Notes under the pieces: model-generated
What the model was told of the DNA's origin: nothing
Seen by the model: only the letters and a program-made list of their open reading frames with translations
Databases searched by the model: none
Program-made: the position numbers and the translations under genes
Part shown: positions 33,990 through 42,455 of the stretch, piece after piece
How the letters are laid out: each line of letters opens with the position of its first letter
Position numbering within the stretch: the stretch's first letter is position 1
Assembly: GCA_021815205.1 (NCBI GenBank)
Contig: JAKAHD010000005.1
Location: forward strand, 1-59,085
Direction: 5' to 3'
Length of the DNA: 59,085 nucleotides
Source of the DNA: a bacterium
GTDB lineage: Bacteria > Patescibacteriota > Minisyncoccia > UBA6257 > GWB1-50-10

Positions 33990-36776
33990 ATGCAGAAGTA
34001 CAATTTTTCGGCTATAGAAAAGAAATGGCAGAGGATGTGGAAGAAGAAGAAAATCTACGAGCCTGATCTCAAAAAAGCAAAGAAACCGTTCTACAATCTC
34101 ATGATGTTTCCGTACCCTTCGGCCGAGGGGCTCCATGTGGGGAATATGTACGCCTTCACAGGAAGCGATATCTACGGCCGGTTCAAACGTATGCAGGGGT
34201 ACGACGTCTTCGAGCCGATTGGTCTCGACGGGTTTGGCATCCATTCTGAGAACTACGCCTTAAAGCTCGGCGCGCACCCATTGGCGCAATCGAAAGTTTC
34301 CGAGAAGCGATTCTATAAACAACTTGAGATGGTGGGGAACGGGTTTGCGTGGAATGAGCGGCTTGAGACCTATGATCCCGGATACTACAAATGGACGCAG
34401 TGGCTCTTCGTACAAATGTGGAAACACGGGCTCGCCTACCGCAAAAAGCAGGCGGTGAACTGGTGCCCGAGTTGCAAAACCGTGCTTGCGGACGAGCAGG
34501 TCATCACAAAATCAAAAATCAAAAATCAAAGTTCAAAATTACAAAACGGAACACGCGAAGAGATGATAAGCGTCTGCGAACGGTGCGAGACGACGGTTAT
34601 AAAAAAAGAGCTCGAGCAGTGGTTTTTCAGGATCACGAAGTATGCGGAGCGGCTGCTTGAGAATCTGGAGAAAATCGACTGGTCCGAGAAGGTGAAAATT
34701 GCGCAAAGGAACTGGATCGGTCGGAGTATCGGAGCGGAAATCGAGTTTCCGCTCCGATACTCCGCGCAGAATGACGCGGAATTGACGCGGAAGAACGCGG
34801 AAATCAATCGGTTGGTGGGTCAGCGTAATTCAGCGTCCAGTCAGCGAGATTCCGCGACTTTGACATCAGTCAAAGTATTCACCACAAGGCCCGACACCCT
34901 GTTCGGGGCGACATATCTTGTGCTCGCGCCGGAACATGCCGCAATTTCAAATTTCAAATTTCAAATTTCAAATTACGACGAAGTTGAGAAATATATCGCG
35001 ACCGCGAAGAAGAAATCGGACGAAGAGCGAATAGAGAACAAAGAAAAGACCGGCGTTGAACTCAAGGGAGTGAAAGCGGTAAACCCCGCGAATAAGGAGG
35101 AGCTCCCGATCTTCGTCGCGGACTATGTGCTCTCGGGATACGGCACGGGCGCGATTATGGCGGTACCCAGCCATGATTCAAGAGATTTTGATTTTGCCAG
35201 GAAATTCAAATTACCCATACGTGAGGTGGTGATTCCGGATGCGTCAAATTCCAAATTCCAAATTCCAAATGTCCAAATAAATCCCAATAACCAAAATTCA
35301 AAAACAGCAGAGTTCTACGAGGGTGATGGAGTTTTAATAAACTCCGGAAAGTTTGACGGAATGGATTCGGAGAAGGCGAAGTGGGAGATCACGAAATTCG
35401 TGGGGGGAAAGCGCACGACACAATTTCGCCTCCGCGACTGGCTCATTTCCCGCCAGCGCTATTGGGGTCCGCCGATACCCATCATATACTGCCGTACATG
35501 CTGGGAATTATCAATTTCCAATTTCCAATTTCCAAATAATTCCGACCAATCAAACGAACGAGAAAGAAAACTTGAATACGGGGTGCACTACACGGTACTT
35601 GATGGGAAGGAATACATGATCCACCCTGTTCCTGAAGAGGACTTGCCAGTCATACTTCCAATGGTTGATGATTTTCGCCCGCAAGGGAAGGGCGAATCGC
35701 CGCTTGCGTCGGTCAGGGAATTCTATGAAACAAAGTGCCCTGTGTGCGGCGGCGCGGCACGCCGCGAAACCGATGTTTCCGACACCTTCCTCGACTCCGC
35801 ATGGTACTATATCGGTTTTCTCGCGAAAACCTCCAATTTTAAATTTGAAATTTTAAATTTGAAATTCAGGGACATCGCAGAGCGATGGCTCCCTGTTAGC
35901 ATGTACATCGGCGGCGCCGAGCACTCGGTGCTCCATCTCCTCTATGTCCGCTTTATTGCACTCGCGCTCCGTGATATGCAGCTCCTCGATTTCCCCTCCG
36001 CAACCGGTGAGCCCTTTCCGAAGTTCCGCGCGCACGGACTCCTGATCAAGGATGGCATGAAGATGTCGAAATCGAAGGGGAATGTGGTGAACCCCGACGA
36101 ATACATCAAGAAGTTCGGTGCGGACGCCTTCCGTATGTACCTCATGTTCCTCGCGCCTTTCGAACAAGGCGGCGATTTCCGCGAGCAGGGAATCTTAGGC
36201 ATCGAACGGTTCCTCACGCGTGTGCGGAAACTCGTCGAGGCGTCGCTCGACAAGAAAAAGCCGATGCGTCCCGAATCGAAATCAGCCGCACCGCATAAGA
36301 CACCCGACAACTTCAAAAGCGCCATTCACCGGACCATAAAGAAGGTGACGGAGGATATTGAAACCCTTCATTACAACACGGCGGTGAGCGCGCTTATGAT
36401 TCTTTTGAATGAAGCGGAAGCGCAGGCAGAGACGATTCATCTGCCGCGGTACTTCTATGAGGTCTTCTTGAAACTCCTCGCGCCCTTCGCGCCATACCTC
36501 GCGGAGGAGCTTTGGAGTAGAATGGGAGAGAAGAGATCGATTCATCGCGCGGCGTGGCCGACCTATAACCCGAAGATGCTCGTTGCAGAAACCTTCCCGC
36601 TTGTGGTGCAGGTAAGCGGCAAGTACAAGGCGACCGTGGATGCTCCCCGCGATATCGGTGAAGCAGAGGCCCGCGCGCTTGCGCTTCGAAATCCCGCAGT
36701 GGCAAAAGCGATCGGCGAGACGAAGCCAAAAAGGATTATTTTTGTGAAGAACCGCATTATTAACTTCGCGCTCTAG
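33990..36776 (+). CDS. leuS: Leucyl-tRNA synthetase, with at least six low-complexity insertions
   Basis: PYPSAEGLHVGNMYAFTGSDIYGRF (HIGH region), VFTTRPDTLFGATYLVLAPEH, and KMSKSKGN. Confidence 0.95.
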   Translation: MQKYNFSAIEKKWQRMWKKKKIYEPDLKKAKKPFYNLMMFPYPSAEGLHVGNMYAFTGSDIYGRFKRMQGYDVFEPIGLDGFGIHSENYALKLGAHPLAQSKVSEKRFYKQLEMVGNGFAWNERLETYDPGYYKWTQWLFVQMWKHGLAYRKKQAVNWCPSCKTVLADEQVITKSKIKNQSSKLQNGTREEMISVCERCETTVIKKELEQWFFRITKYAERLLENLEKIDWSEKVKIAQRNWIGRSIGAEIEFPLRYSAQNDAELTRKNAEINRLVGQRNSASSQRDSATLTSVKVFTTRPDTLFGATYLVLAPEHAAISNFKFQISNYDEVEKYIATAKKKSDEERIENKEKTGVELKGVKAVNPANKEELPIFVADYVLSGYGTGAIMAVPSHDSRDFDFARKFKLPIREVVIPDASNSKFQIPNVQINPNNQNSKTAEFYEGDGVLINSGKFDGMDSEKAKWEITKFVGGKRTTQFRLRDWLISRQRYWGPPIPIIYCRTCWELSISNFQFPNNSDQSNERERKLEYGVHYTVLDGKEYMIHPVPEEDLPVILPMVDDFRPQGKGESPLASVREFYETKCPVCGGAARRETDVSDTFLDSAWYYIGFLAKTSNFKFEILNLKFRDIAERWLPVSMYIGGAEHSVLHLLYVRFIALALRDMQLLDFPSATGEPFPKFRAHGLLIKDGMKMSKSKGNVVNPDEYIKKFGADAFRMYLMFLAPFEQGGDFREQGILGIERFLTRVRKLVEASLDKKKPMRPESKSAAPHKTPDNFKSAIHRTIKKVTEDIETLHYNTAVSALMILLNEAEAQAETIHLPRYFYEVFLKLLAPFAPYLAEELWSRMGEKRSIHRAAWPTYNPKMLVAETFPLVVQVSGKYKATVDAPRDIGEAEARALALRNPAVAKAIGETKPKRIIFVKNRIINFAL
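34506..34547 (+). repeat. In-frame AT-rich 7-nt array in leuS
   Basis: ACAAAAT CAAAAAT CAAAAAT CAAAGTT CAAAATT ACAAAAC. Encodes KSKIKNQSSKLQN. Confidence 0.9.
34762..34858 (+). repeat. In-frame GC-richer insert (ACGCGGAA / CAGCGAGATTCCGCG family) in leuS
   Basis: GAATGACGCGGAATTGACGCGGAAGAACGCGGAAA...TTCAGCGTCCAGTCAGCGAGATTCCGCG. Encodes NDAELTRKNAEINRLVGQRNSASSQRDSA. Confidence 0.85.
34943..34974 (+). repeat. In-frame AT-rich 7-nt array in leuS
   Basis: (AATTTCA)x4 plus AATT. Encodes ISNFKFQISN. Confidence 0.95.
35246..35303 (+). repeat. In-frame AT-rich 7-nt array in leuS with a degenerate tail
   Basis: (AAATTCC)x3, then AAATGTCCAAATAAATCCCAATAACCAAAATTCAAAAAC. Encodes NSKFQIPNVQINPNNQNSK. 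Confidence 0.9.
35513..35543 (+). repeat. In-frame AT-rich 7-nt array in leuS
   Basis: (AATTTCC)x3, then AAATAATTCC. The tail CCAAATAATTCCGA is also found in the glyQS array at 19562. Confidence 0.9.
35835..35866 (+). repeat. In-frame AT-rich 14-nt (2x7) array in leuS
   Basis: (AATTTTAAATTTGA)x2 plus AATT. Encodes NFKFEILNLKF. Confidence 0.9.
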
Positions 36777-36782
36777 AAAAGT

Positions 36783-37739
36783 ATGAAAAACGTTCTTGTA
36801 ATTATTGTCCTCATCATTGTTGTGATCGCAATCTATAACGTGTTCATGTACATGAAGCAGGGCGTGAGTTTTGGCGGCGGGGGAGTAAGTTCGCTTTTCA
36901 AATTGCCATACAATATTCCGAAAGGATATCAGGGATCAATCTCGTCTTCGCCCGCAACTGCGGGGATTACTTCCACGCCTCCGCCATCGGTGAGAAATAA
37001 TTCGGGGAACGGAAGTGCGCAGAACAATACTCCCACCCCCGATCAGCCGAAGATTACGCCGCCTACCGGATTCACAATAGATCAAATTTCCCCGTATTAC
37101 GAGCAGGTAAGCATAAATGGTGTGTCGCCCGCATGGTCCTGGACCGCGGTCGGCCAGTTCTCGCTCCGGGTAGATAGCTCGCTTAAGAAGGGAGTTGATA
37201 TCACGGGGTGGCGCGTGAGATCGAACAGGGGAGAGGTCCTTGTGCCGCAGGCGGTGCAGAACTACGATCCGTCGGGACTCTCACTTTCCGGTGATGTCGT
37301 GCTCGCGCCCGGAGCGTATGCGGTGTTCTATAGTTCCGCGAGTCCTCTTGGATTGAACCTCCGTATGAACAAGTGCATCGGATACCTCAATACCACCTAC
37401 CAGTTCAATCCTTCACTCCCCTCGTATTGTCCGAACGCATACGATCGGTCGGAGATTGCGACGTTTTCGGGGCAGTGCCAAAATCTTATCTTCTCGCTCG
37501 GCGGGTGCAGTGTACCAAGCGCGGCGCAACTGAACAGCGTATCACGCGAGGCGGCGTGTATGGACTACTTGAACCGCTTCAACTACACGGGATGCTATCG
37601 AAAACACCTGAACGACGCGGATTTTTTCTCGAATGAGTGGAGAATATGGATTGGAAGCCCCCTCCCGCTTGATGCGAGCCACGACCGATTGCTTCTTTTT
37701 GATAAGAATGGATTACTGGTTGATCAGTATATCTACTAA
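36783..37739 (+). CDS. Membrane-anchored secreted protein, possible lamin-tail-like (LTD) domain
   Basis: N-terminal TM (VLVIIVLIIVVIAIYNVF), an S/T/P-rich linker, then DITGWRVRSNRGEVLVP...VLAPGAYAVFYS and Cys pairs. Confidence 0.5.
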   Translation: MKNVLVIIVLIIVVIAIYNVFMYMKQGVSFGGGGVSSLFKLPYNIPKGYQGSISSSPATAGITSTPPPSVRNNSGNGSAQNNTPTPDQPKITPPTGFTIDQISPYYEQVSINGVSPAWSWTAVGQFSLRVDSSLKKGVDITGWRVRSNRGEVLVPQAVQNYDPSGLSLSGDVVLAPGAYAVFYSSASPLGLNLRMNKCIGYLNTTYQFNPSLPSYCPNAYDRSEIATFSGQCQNLIFSLGGCSVPSAAQLNSVSREAACMDYLNRFNYTGCYRKHLNDADFFSNEWRIWIGSPLPLDASHDRLLLFDKNGLLVDQYIY

Positions 37740-37847
37740 CGCACGAATGCGACACGAATTCCCAGGAATTTCACGAATACGCGAGCAATACGCTATCCGT
37801 TCGGCGTATTTATGATATTGGTGAGCTATTCGTGCCGCATCGGCGCG

Positions 37848-38900
37848 TTACTTCCTCTCCGCAAGCACCGCTTTCGTCTCGAATATCTTCTTATTTCTCA
37901 TCACGGAGAGCGTTACCGTATCTCCTACTTCGCAGTCCTCAAGAAGATCCTGGAGCGTCATCGAAGTCGTGATTCTTTTCCCGTTCCATGTGAGGATTAT
38001 ATCGTGCTCCTTAATGCCCGCGTGATCGGCGGGGCTTTGAGGAATCACCGCCGTATCGAACGAGTGCTCTTTCGTTACGAACGCCCCATACTCGGAGGGG
38101 ATTTTCATTTTTTCCGCGATGTCGCGATTCAAGGTGAGATAACGGACACCGAAGAGAGGTCGGAGAATCTTTCCATGTTCCACAAGATCCCTAATATCAT
38201 GCTCTGCCGCCTTGATGGGAATCGCGAAGCTGATATTCTGCGCGCCGACCACAACCGCGGCATTAATACCCACCGCTCTTCCGAAAATATCAACGAGCGG
38301 GCCTCCCGAGTTCCCGGGATTGATCGCCGCATCCGTTTGAATAAGTCCGCGCAACTCCTGGGAAGCGGAACCTTCTCCCGTTTTTGCTTGCACCGCGCGC
38401 GAGAGGCCGGAGACGATGCCGACCGAGACGGTATTTTTGAAAAGGCCGAGGGCGTTCCCGAATGCGAGCACGGTCTGCCCGAGTTCCAGCGCATCCGAAT
38501 CGCCCAAGGAAAGCGAAGGAAGCGATGTGTTTGCTTTGATCTTCAGGATTGCGACATCGTTCAAGGGATCGCGCGCCACAACCTCCGCGTCGTAGGCGGC
38601 GTCATCGCTTGTCACCACGGAGTAGGAAACACCCGGTTCGTTCACTACGTGTTTGTTAGTGAGAATAATTCCTTTAGGATTCACAATGAACCCGGACCCG
38701 CCGCCCACCTGCACCATGCCGTGCGCATTAATCTTTTCGGGAGGGATCGCGAGCTCCACTTTCTTGCCCTTTTGACGCTCGAGTTTCGGGATCTCCTTCT
38801 TCAGGTCTTCCACATTCTTGAGGAGCACGATCGAAACGACGGTCGGCATAACCTTGCGTATGGTAGTGATGGTTTTCGAACGTTCTTTTTGCAGATGCAT
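37848..38900 (-). CDS. HtrA/DegP-like serine protease with PDZ domain
   Basis: GSGFIVNPKGIILTNKHVV (His), D in DVAILKI, and GNSGGPLVD (Ser). A C-terminal PDZ-like region is present. Confidence 0.85.
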   Translation of the reverse strand: MHLQKERSKTITTIRKVMPTVVSIVLLKNVEDLKKEIPKLERQKGKKVELAIPPEKINAHGMVQVGGGSGFIVNPKGIILTNKHVVNEPGVSYSVVTSDDAAYDAEVVARDPLNDVAILKIKANTSLPSLSLGDSDALELGQTVLAFGNALGLFKNTVSVGIVSGLSRAVQAKTGEGSASQELRGLIQTDAAINPGNSGGPLVDIFGRAVGINAAVVVGAQNISFAIPIKAAEHDIRDLVEHGKILRPLFGVRYLTLNRDIAEKMKIPSEYGAFVTKEHSFDTAVIPQSPADHAGIKEHDIILTWNGKRITTSMTLQDLLEDCEVGDTVTLSVMRNKKIFETKAVLAERK

Positions 38901-39239
38901 GTATATGCATATTGTAGCAGAGAAACGAAAACGCCGCCCTGTGTGCGAGGCGCGGCGCCATCATCAATGAAAATCCGCCCCTCAAGCGAGGGACGGATCA
39001 GAGAAGACTATTTCTTCTTTTTTTTCTTGCCACCCTTTTTCTTCGGGGCCGCCTTCCTTTTCTTTGCCATTTTTTTGAGCGCGCTACGCTTTATTTTTAG
39101 GAAGAGACGTTGGGTCGTCGACCATCGATCTCGTCAATTCCCCCTACACTCTTATTATAGAGAAAAAATTTTTTGAAATCTGTGGATAACTTAATAAGAA
39201 ACTTCGCAGCGCATAATTCGCCCGAAAAGTTTCTACAAA

Positions 39240-39608
39240 CTAAGATTCGCCGAAGAGATGGTAGTGGTGTACAAGCGCGAGATAGATCCCTGCAAGCGCG
39301 AAAAATCCGAACATACCCGCCGCGATGGCGTATCTCGATCCAATCCTCGGGGCAAGATAGGCGACGAGTGCCATATAGGGAACCCACGAGACGATCGTGC
39401 CGATTAAAACGAACCATGCGTGCTGGCCCACGGCGGCGCCCCCGCGGGTCTCTCCAATGAAGAAGTAAGCAACGAGCGTGAAAACCGGCATAAGTGTTGC
39501 AAACCCAGAAAGGAGCCGGGAGCCGTTCTCCTCAAGCGCGACAATAAGCACCGTAAAGATGCCGCCCGTGAGGAAATAGACGAGATAACTTTTGATATGG
39601 ATCCACAT
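39240..39608 (-). CDS. Small 4-TM membrane protein (GlpM/DUF3147-like; tentative)
   Basis: 122 aa, strongly hydrophobic, with no catalytic motif. Confidence 0.5.
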   Translation of the reverse strand: MWIHIKSYLVYFLTGGIFTVLIVALEENGSRLLSGFATLMPVFTLVAYFFIGETRGGAAVGQHAWFVLIGTIVSWVPYMALVAYLAPRIGSRYAIAAGMFGFFALAGIYLALVHHYHLFGES

Positions 39609-39655
39609 ACATTCATTATAGAAAATTCAGGGGGAAGTGCTATGATAAAAGAATT

Positions 39656-40123
39656 ATGGATGCCGTTGCCATCGTGATCGCAAAATACTTTTACCTCGTC
39701 GTACTCGCCTTGGCCGCGGTTTACTTTTTCCTCCAGCCGGGGAGGATAAAGAAAGCGATGGTGATCTGCGGGGTGATTATTGCGCCGCTTGCATATCTCA
39801 TTGCAAAGAGTGCGGGGCACTTCTATGATAATGCCCGTCCGTTCGTTGTGGGTCACTTCACGCCGCTCATCGCGCACGCGGCTGACAACGGCTTTCCGTC
39901 GGATCACGTGCTCCTTACGGCCGCCGTCGCGATGATCGTCTTCTTCTTCAATAAGAAATGGAGCGCCGTACTCTTCGTGCTCGCGGCACTGATCGGCTGG
40001 GCAAGAGTCTATAGCGGCATCCATCATGTGACGGATGTTGTGGGAAGTATTGCAATCGCGCTTCTTGCGGGAGGCGTGTACCGTCTCCTCGCCAAAAAAT
40101 TCGGCTGGGAGGTGAAGGGATAG
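39656..40123 (+). CDS. PAP2-family phosphatase (undecaprenyl-diphosphatase-like)
   Basis: YDNARPF, FPSDH and RVYSGIHHVTDV match the three PAP2 motifs. Confidence 0.8.
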   Translation: MDAVAIVIAKYFYLVVLALAAVYFFLQPGRIKKAMVICGVIIAPLAYLIAKSAGHFYDNARPFVVGHFTPLIAHAADNGFPSDHVLLTAAVAMIVFFFNKKWSAVLFVLAALIGWARVYSGIHHVTDVVGSIAIALLAGGVYRLLAKKFGWEVKG

Positions 40124-40164
40124 GAATCTTTCCTTCGCGAGCGCAAAATAGAATTAAATTTTTG

Positions 40165-40251
40165 CGGAGGGTACAGGATTTGAACCTGTGAGGGGATTGC
40201 TCCCCAAGTGCATTTCGAGTGCACCGCACTAGACCACTATGCGAACCCTCC
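40165..40251 (-). tRNA. tRNA-Ser (CGA)
   Basis: Hand-folded. Acceptor GGAGGGT/ACCCTCC, anticodon loop CTCGAAA, long variable arm TTGGGGAGCAATCCCCTC, T-arm ACAGG-TTCAAAT-CCTGT. No encoded CCA. Confidence 0.85.
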
Positions 40252-40301
40252 AGAAACTGACGATGTATAACCTATCAATTTTCTCTCAAAACATCAACCA
40301 G

Positions 40302-40373
40302 TGCCCTCGCGAGGAATCGAACCTCGATCAGCTCATTAGGAGAGAGCGATTCTATCCGTTGAACTACGAGGGC
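40302..40373 (-). tRNA. tRNA-Arg (CCT)
   Basis: Acceptor GCCCTCG/CGAGGGC, anticodon loop CTCCTAA, T-arm CGAGG-TTCGATT-CCTCG. One U-U at 31:39. Confidence 0.8.
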
Positions 40374-40442
40374 GAGGCTATTTAGTTATAAATGAAAACC
40401 GCTTGTCTCGCAACGCACCTCCTGATATATTAGGATACGCGG

Positions 40443-40514
40443 GCGCCCTTAGCTCAGTGGTAGAGCGCGTCGTTGACATCGACGAGGCCGGAAGTCCGAT
40501 CCTTCCAGGGCGCA
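40443..40514 (+). tRNA. tRNA-Val (GAC)
   Basis: Acceptor GCGCCCT/AGGGCGC, D-arm GCTC-AGTGGTA-GAGC, anticodon loop TTGACAT. Confidence 0.85.
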
Positions 40515-42139
40515 CTAGAAATCTTGAAAATGCCTGGGCCTATAGTATAGCGGTAGAACGCCTCCATGGCATGGAGGAGGTCGGGGTTCGACTCCCCGTA
40601 GGTCCACCAACAGGAATTTTGCAAATTTTTTGAGCCAGACGGAAGGATTGCCTCGCGGCTTCGCCGCTCGGCAGGGGCGCGTCCCGCAAGGCGGGACGCG
40701 GCAAAATCCCACGGCTCGCCAAACAAAACGGAAACGGATTTGTCCAAAAGTAAGGGGTTCGTTCCAATCTTTTGGACAAATGCCTTGATTTCAGGAAAAC
40801 TGTCGCTCGCCGACAGTTTTTCGGCTTTATTCGCGTCTAAAATCCACGCCCGCAAGGGTTGGAGCCAATTCTTTCCCGTTCGTCCAAAATCCTCTAAATC
40901 GTTCGCAAGAGAAACTTTTTGCTTCAACAATTCCTCTTTTTTCAGCAGATAGTTTTCTTTGGGAATATCGCCGTCAATGTAGGCGGAAACAAGCTTGTCC
41001 AGTTTCTCTTGTGTCTCCGCTAATTTTGATTTTAGATTTTGGACGAACGATTGTGATGAGTGGACATTTTCTCTTTGCCATTCATCTACTTGCTTCAACA
41101 TTTTTTCTGTCCACTCATCGCAAAGAGCAACGCTTTGGAGCCGTGCCTTCAGTTGCGCGGCAAGGTCTTTTTCTTGGAGATATTTTTGCGAGCAAACACC
41201 TTTCTTTTTGGTGCAACGATAATAGCGATATATCCCGCCGCATTTGCCGCGCGAAAATTGCGCCGTGATCGCCGAGCCGCACTCGCCACAGTTCAAAAGT
41301 CCGGTAAATGGAAAATCATGGCGTTGTTTGCTCTTGCGGGGTTTGGCACGGCGCAATAAGACATTCTGCACGGCTTCAAAAAGCGTTGCGGAAAGAATTG
41401 GCTCAAAGCGTCCTTCGTGATATTCACCCTTATGCTTCACCAAACCTAAATATGCTTGATTAGTAAGCATTCGTGATATGGACGCTTTGGCAAGTGGCGT
41501 TCGGTGTCGTGTTTCCAAACCAAGTTCAGCCAAAAACTCCGCCATAGTTTCCAGTGTATGCGTCCCTTTGGCGTATTCCTCAAACGCGCGAACGATGACT
41601 TTTGAAAGTGTTGGGTGCGGTTCAATCGTGCGCGTTTTCGGATTGTTGACATAGCCAAAGGGCGCTTTGGTCAGCCATTCGCCACGGCGGAGTTTTTGGC
41701 GGATACCGCGATTGATATTTTCAACGAGGTTATCCGAGTAATATTTGGATTGACCGAACGCCACTTGCAACATAAACAACCCTTGCGGCGTGGGCTCAAA
41801 CCAAAATGTCGGAAAGCGCAAAGAAACAATCTTTTGAGTATCCACGAGATAAATGACTTTGCCGCCGTCCACCGAATTACGCGCCAACCTGTCGGGGTGC
41901 CACGCAAGTATACCTACACCGTCCATTTTCTCAATCTCGGAAATCATGGCGGCAAACATTTCTCGTCCGGGTTTCTTTGCGCTTTTCGCCTCGGTAAATT
42001 CTGCAAGAATTTCAAGATTTTCTCTGCGCGCGTATTCTCGCAATTCAAAAAGCTGTGCCTCGATGGACATTATTTGGTGGTCGTCATCTTCCGTTGATTT
42101 GCGAGCGTAGAGAAAATATTTTGGTTTGAGCATATTCAT
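40454..42139 (-). CDS. Large serine recombinase 1
   Basis: KYFLYARKSTEDD (catalytic Ser), HPDRLARN, a recombinase domain, zinc ribbon CGECGS...CTKKKGVC, and a coiled coil. The conserved part ends near 40740. The ORF then reads through IR-A and antisense tRNA-Ala and tRNA-Val before reaching a stop. Confidence 0.9.
   Translation of the reverse strand: MNMLKPKYFLYARKSTEDDDHQIMSIEAQLFELREYARRENLEILAEFTEAKSAKKPGREMFAAMISEIEKMDGVGILAWHPDRLARNSVDGGKVIYLVDTQKIVSLRFPTFWFEPTPQGLFMLQVAFGQSKYYSDNLVENINRGIRQKLRRGEWLTKAPFGYVNNPKTRTIEPHPTLSKVIVRAFEEYAKGTHTLETMAEFLAELGLETRHRTPLAKASISRMLTNQAYLGLVKHKGEYHEGRFEPILSATLFEAVQNVLLRRAKPRKSKQRHDFPFTGLLNCGECGSAITAQFSRGKCGGIYRYYRCTKKKGVCSQKYLQEKDLAAQLKARLQSVALCDEWTEKMLKQVDEWQRENVHSSQSFVQNLKSKLAETQEKLDKLVSAYIDGDIPKENYLLKKEELLKQKVSLANDLEDFGRTGKNWLQPLRAWILDANKAEKLSASDSFPEIKAFVQKIGTNPLLLDKSVSVLFGEPWDFAASRLAGRAPAERRSREAILPSGSKNLQNSCWWTYGESNPDLLHAMEAFYRYTIGPGIFKISSAPWKDRTSGLVDVNDALYH
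40536..40609 (+). tRNA. tRNA-Ala (GGC), with encoded CCA
   Basis: Acceptor GGGCCTA/TAGGTCC with G3:U70, anticodon loop ATGGCAT, T-arm CGGGG-TTCGACT-CCCCG. The last 6 nt (CCACCA) belong to IR-A. Confidence 0.9.
40604..40735. repeat. IR-A (132 bp)
   Basis: Reverse complement of 42162-42293 with 2 mismatches. Contains hairpin GCGCGTCCCGC-AA-GGCGGGACGCG. Confidence 0.95.
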
Positions 42140-42161
42140 ATTGTTTTAGACGCGAATAAAT

Positions 42162-42293
42162 GTTTCCGTTTCGTTTGGCGAGCCGTGGGATTTTGTCGCG
42201 TCCCGCCTTGCGGGACGCGCCCCTGCCGAGCGGCGAAGCCGCGAGGCAATCCTTCCGTCTGGCTCAAAAAATTTGCAAAATTCCTGTTGGTGG
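42162..42293. repeat. IR-A' (132 bp)
   Basis: Reverse complement of 40604-40735. Overlaps IR-B by GTGG. Confidence 0.95.
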
Positions 42294-42443
42294 GATATTC
42301 TGAATGTAGCGCGAACCCATTTTGAACGAAATTGCTGACGCAATTTCGCCAAGTCCCAGAAACCCGCTCGGGCGTGGCGGAAGGAGGGGGTTGGGGGGAG
42401 GAATTCCGCCGCGCCCTCGCTTTCGGAAATTTCAAAACGGCGC
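42290..42443. repeat. IR-B (154 bp)
   Basis: Exact reverse complement of 43813-43966. Contains the G-run GGAGGGGGTTGGGGGGAGG. Confidence 0.95.
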
Positions 42444-42455
42444 CGAATCAATTTT

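Noticed and set aside
39008-39070. 20-codon lysine-rich micro-ORF (MAKKRKAAPKKKGGKKKKKK) on the minus strand, upstream of the protease gene
   Set aside because: It is too short and low-complexity to support, and it has no clear RBS. It could be real, but it cannot be argued from sequence alone.
37812-39176. 454-aa plus-strand ORF
   Set aside because: It is antisense to the HtrA-like protease gene, which has a clear catalytic triad and PDZ domain. Its composition is R/H-rich and typical of a shadow ORF.
40454-40603. The 51-codon C-terminal extension of recombinase 1 as a genuine protein domain
   Set aside because: It is the antisense translation of tRNA-Ala and tRNA-Val. Its openness is most likely chance.
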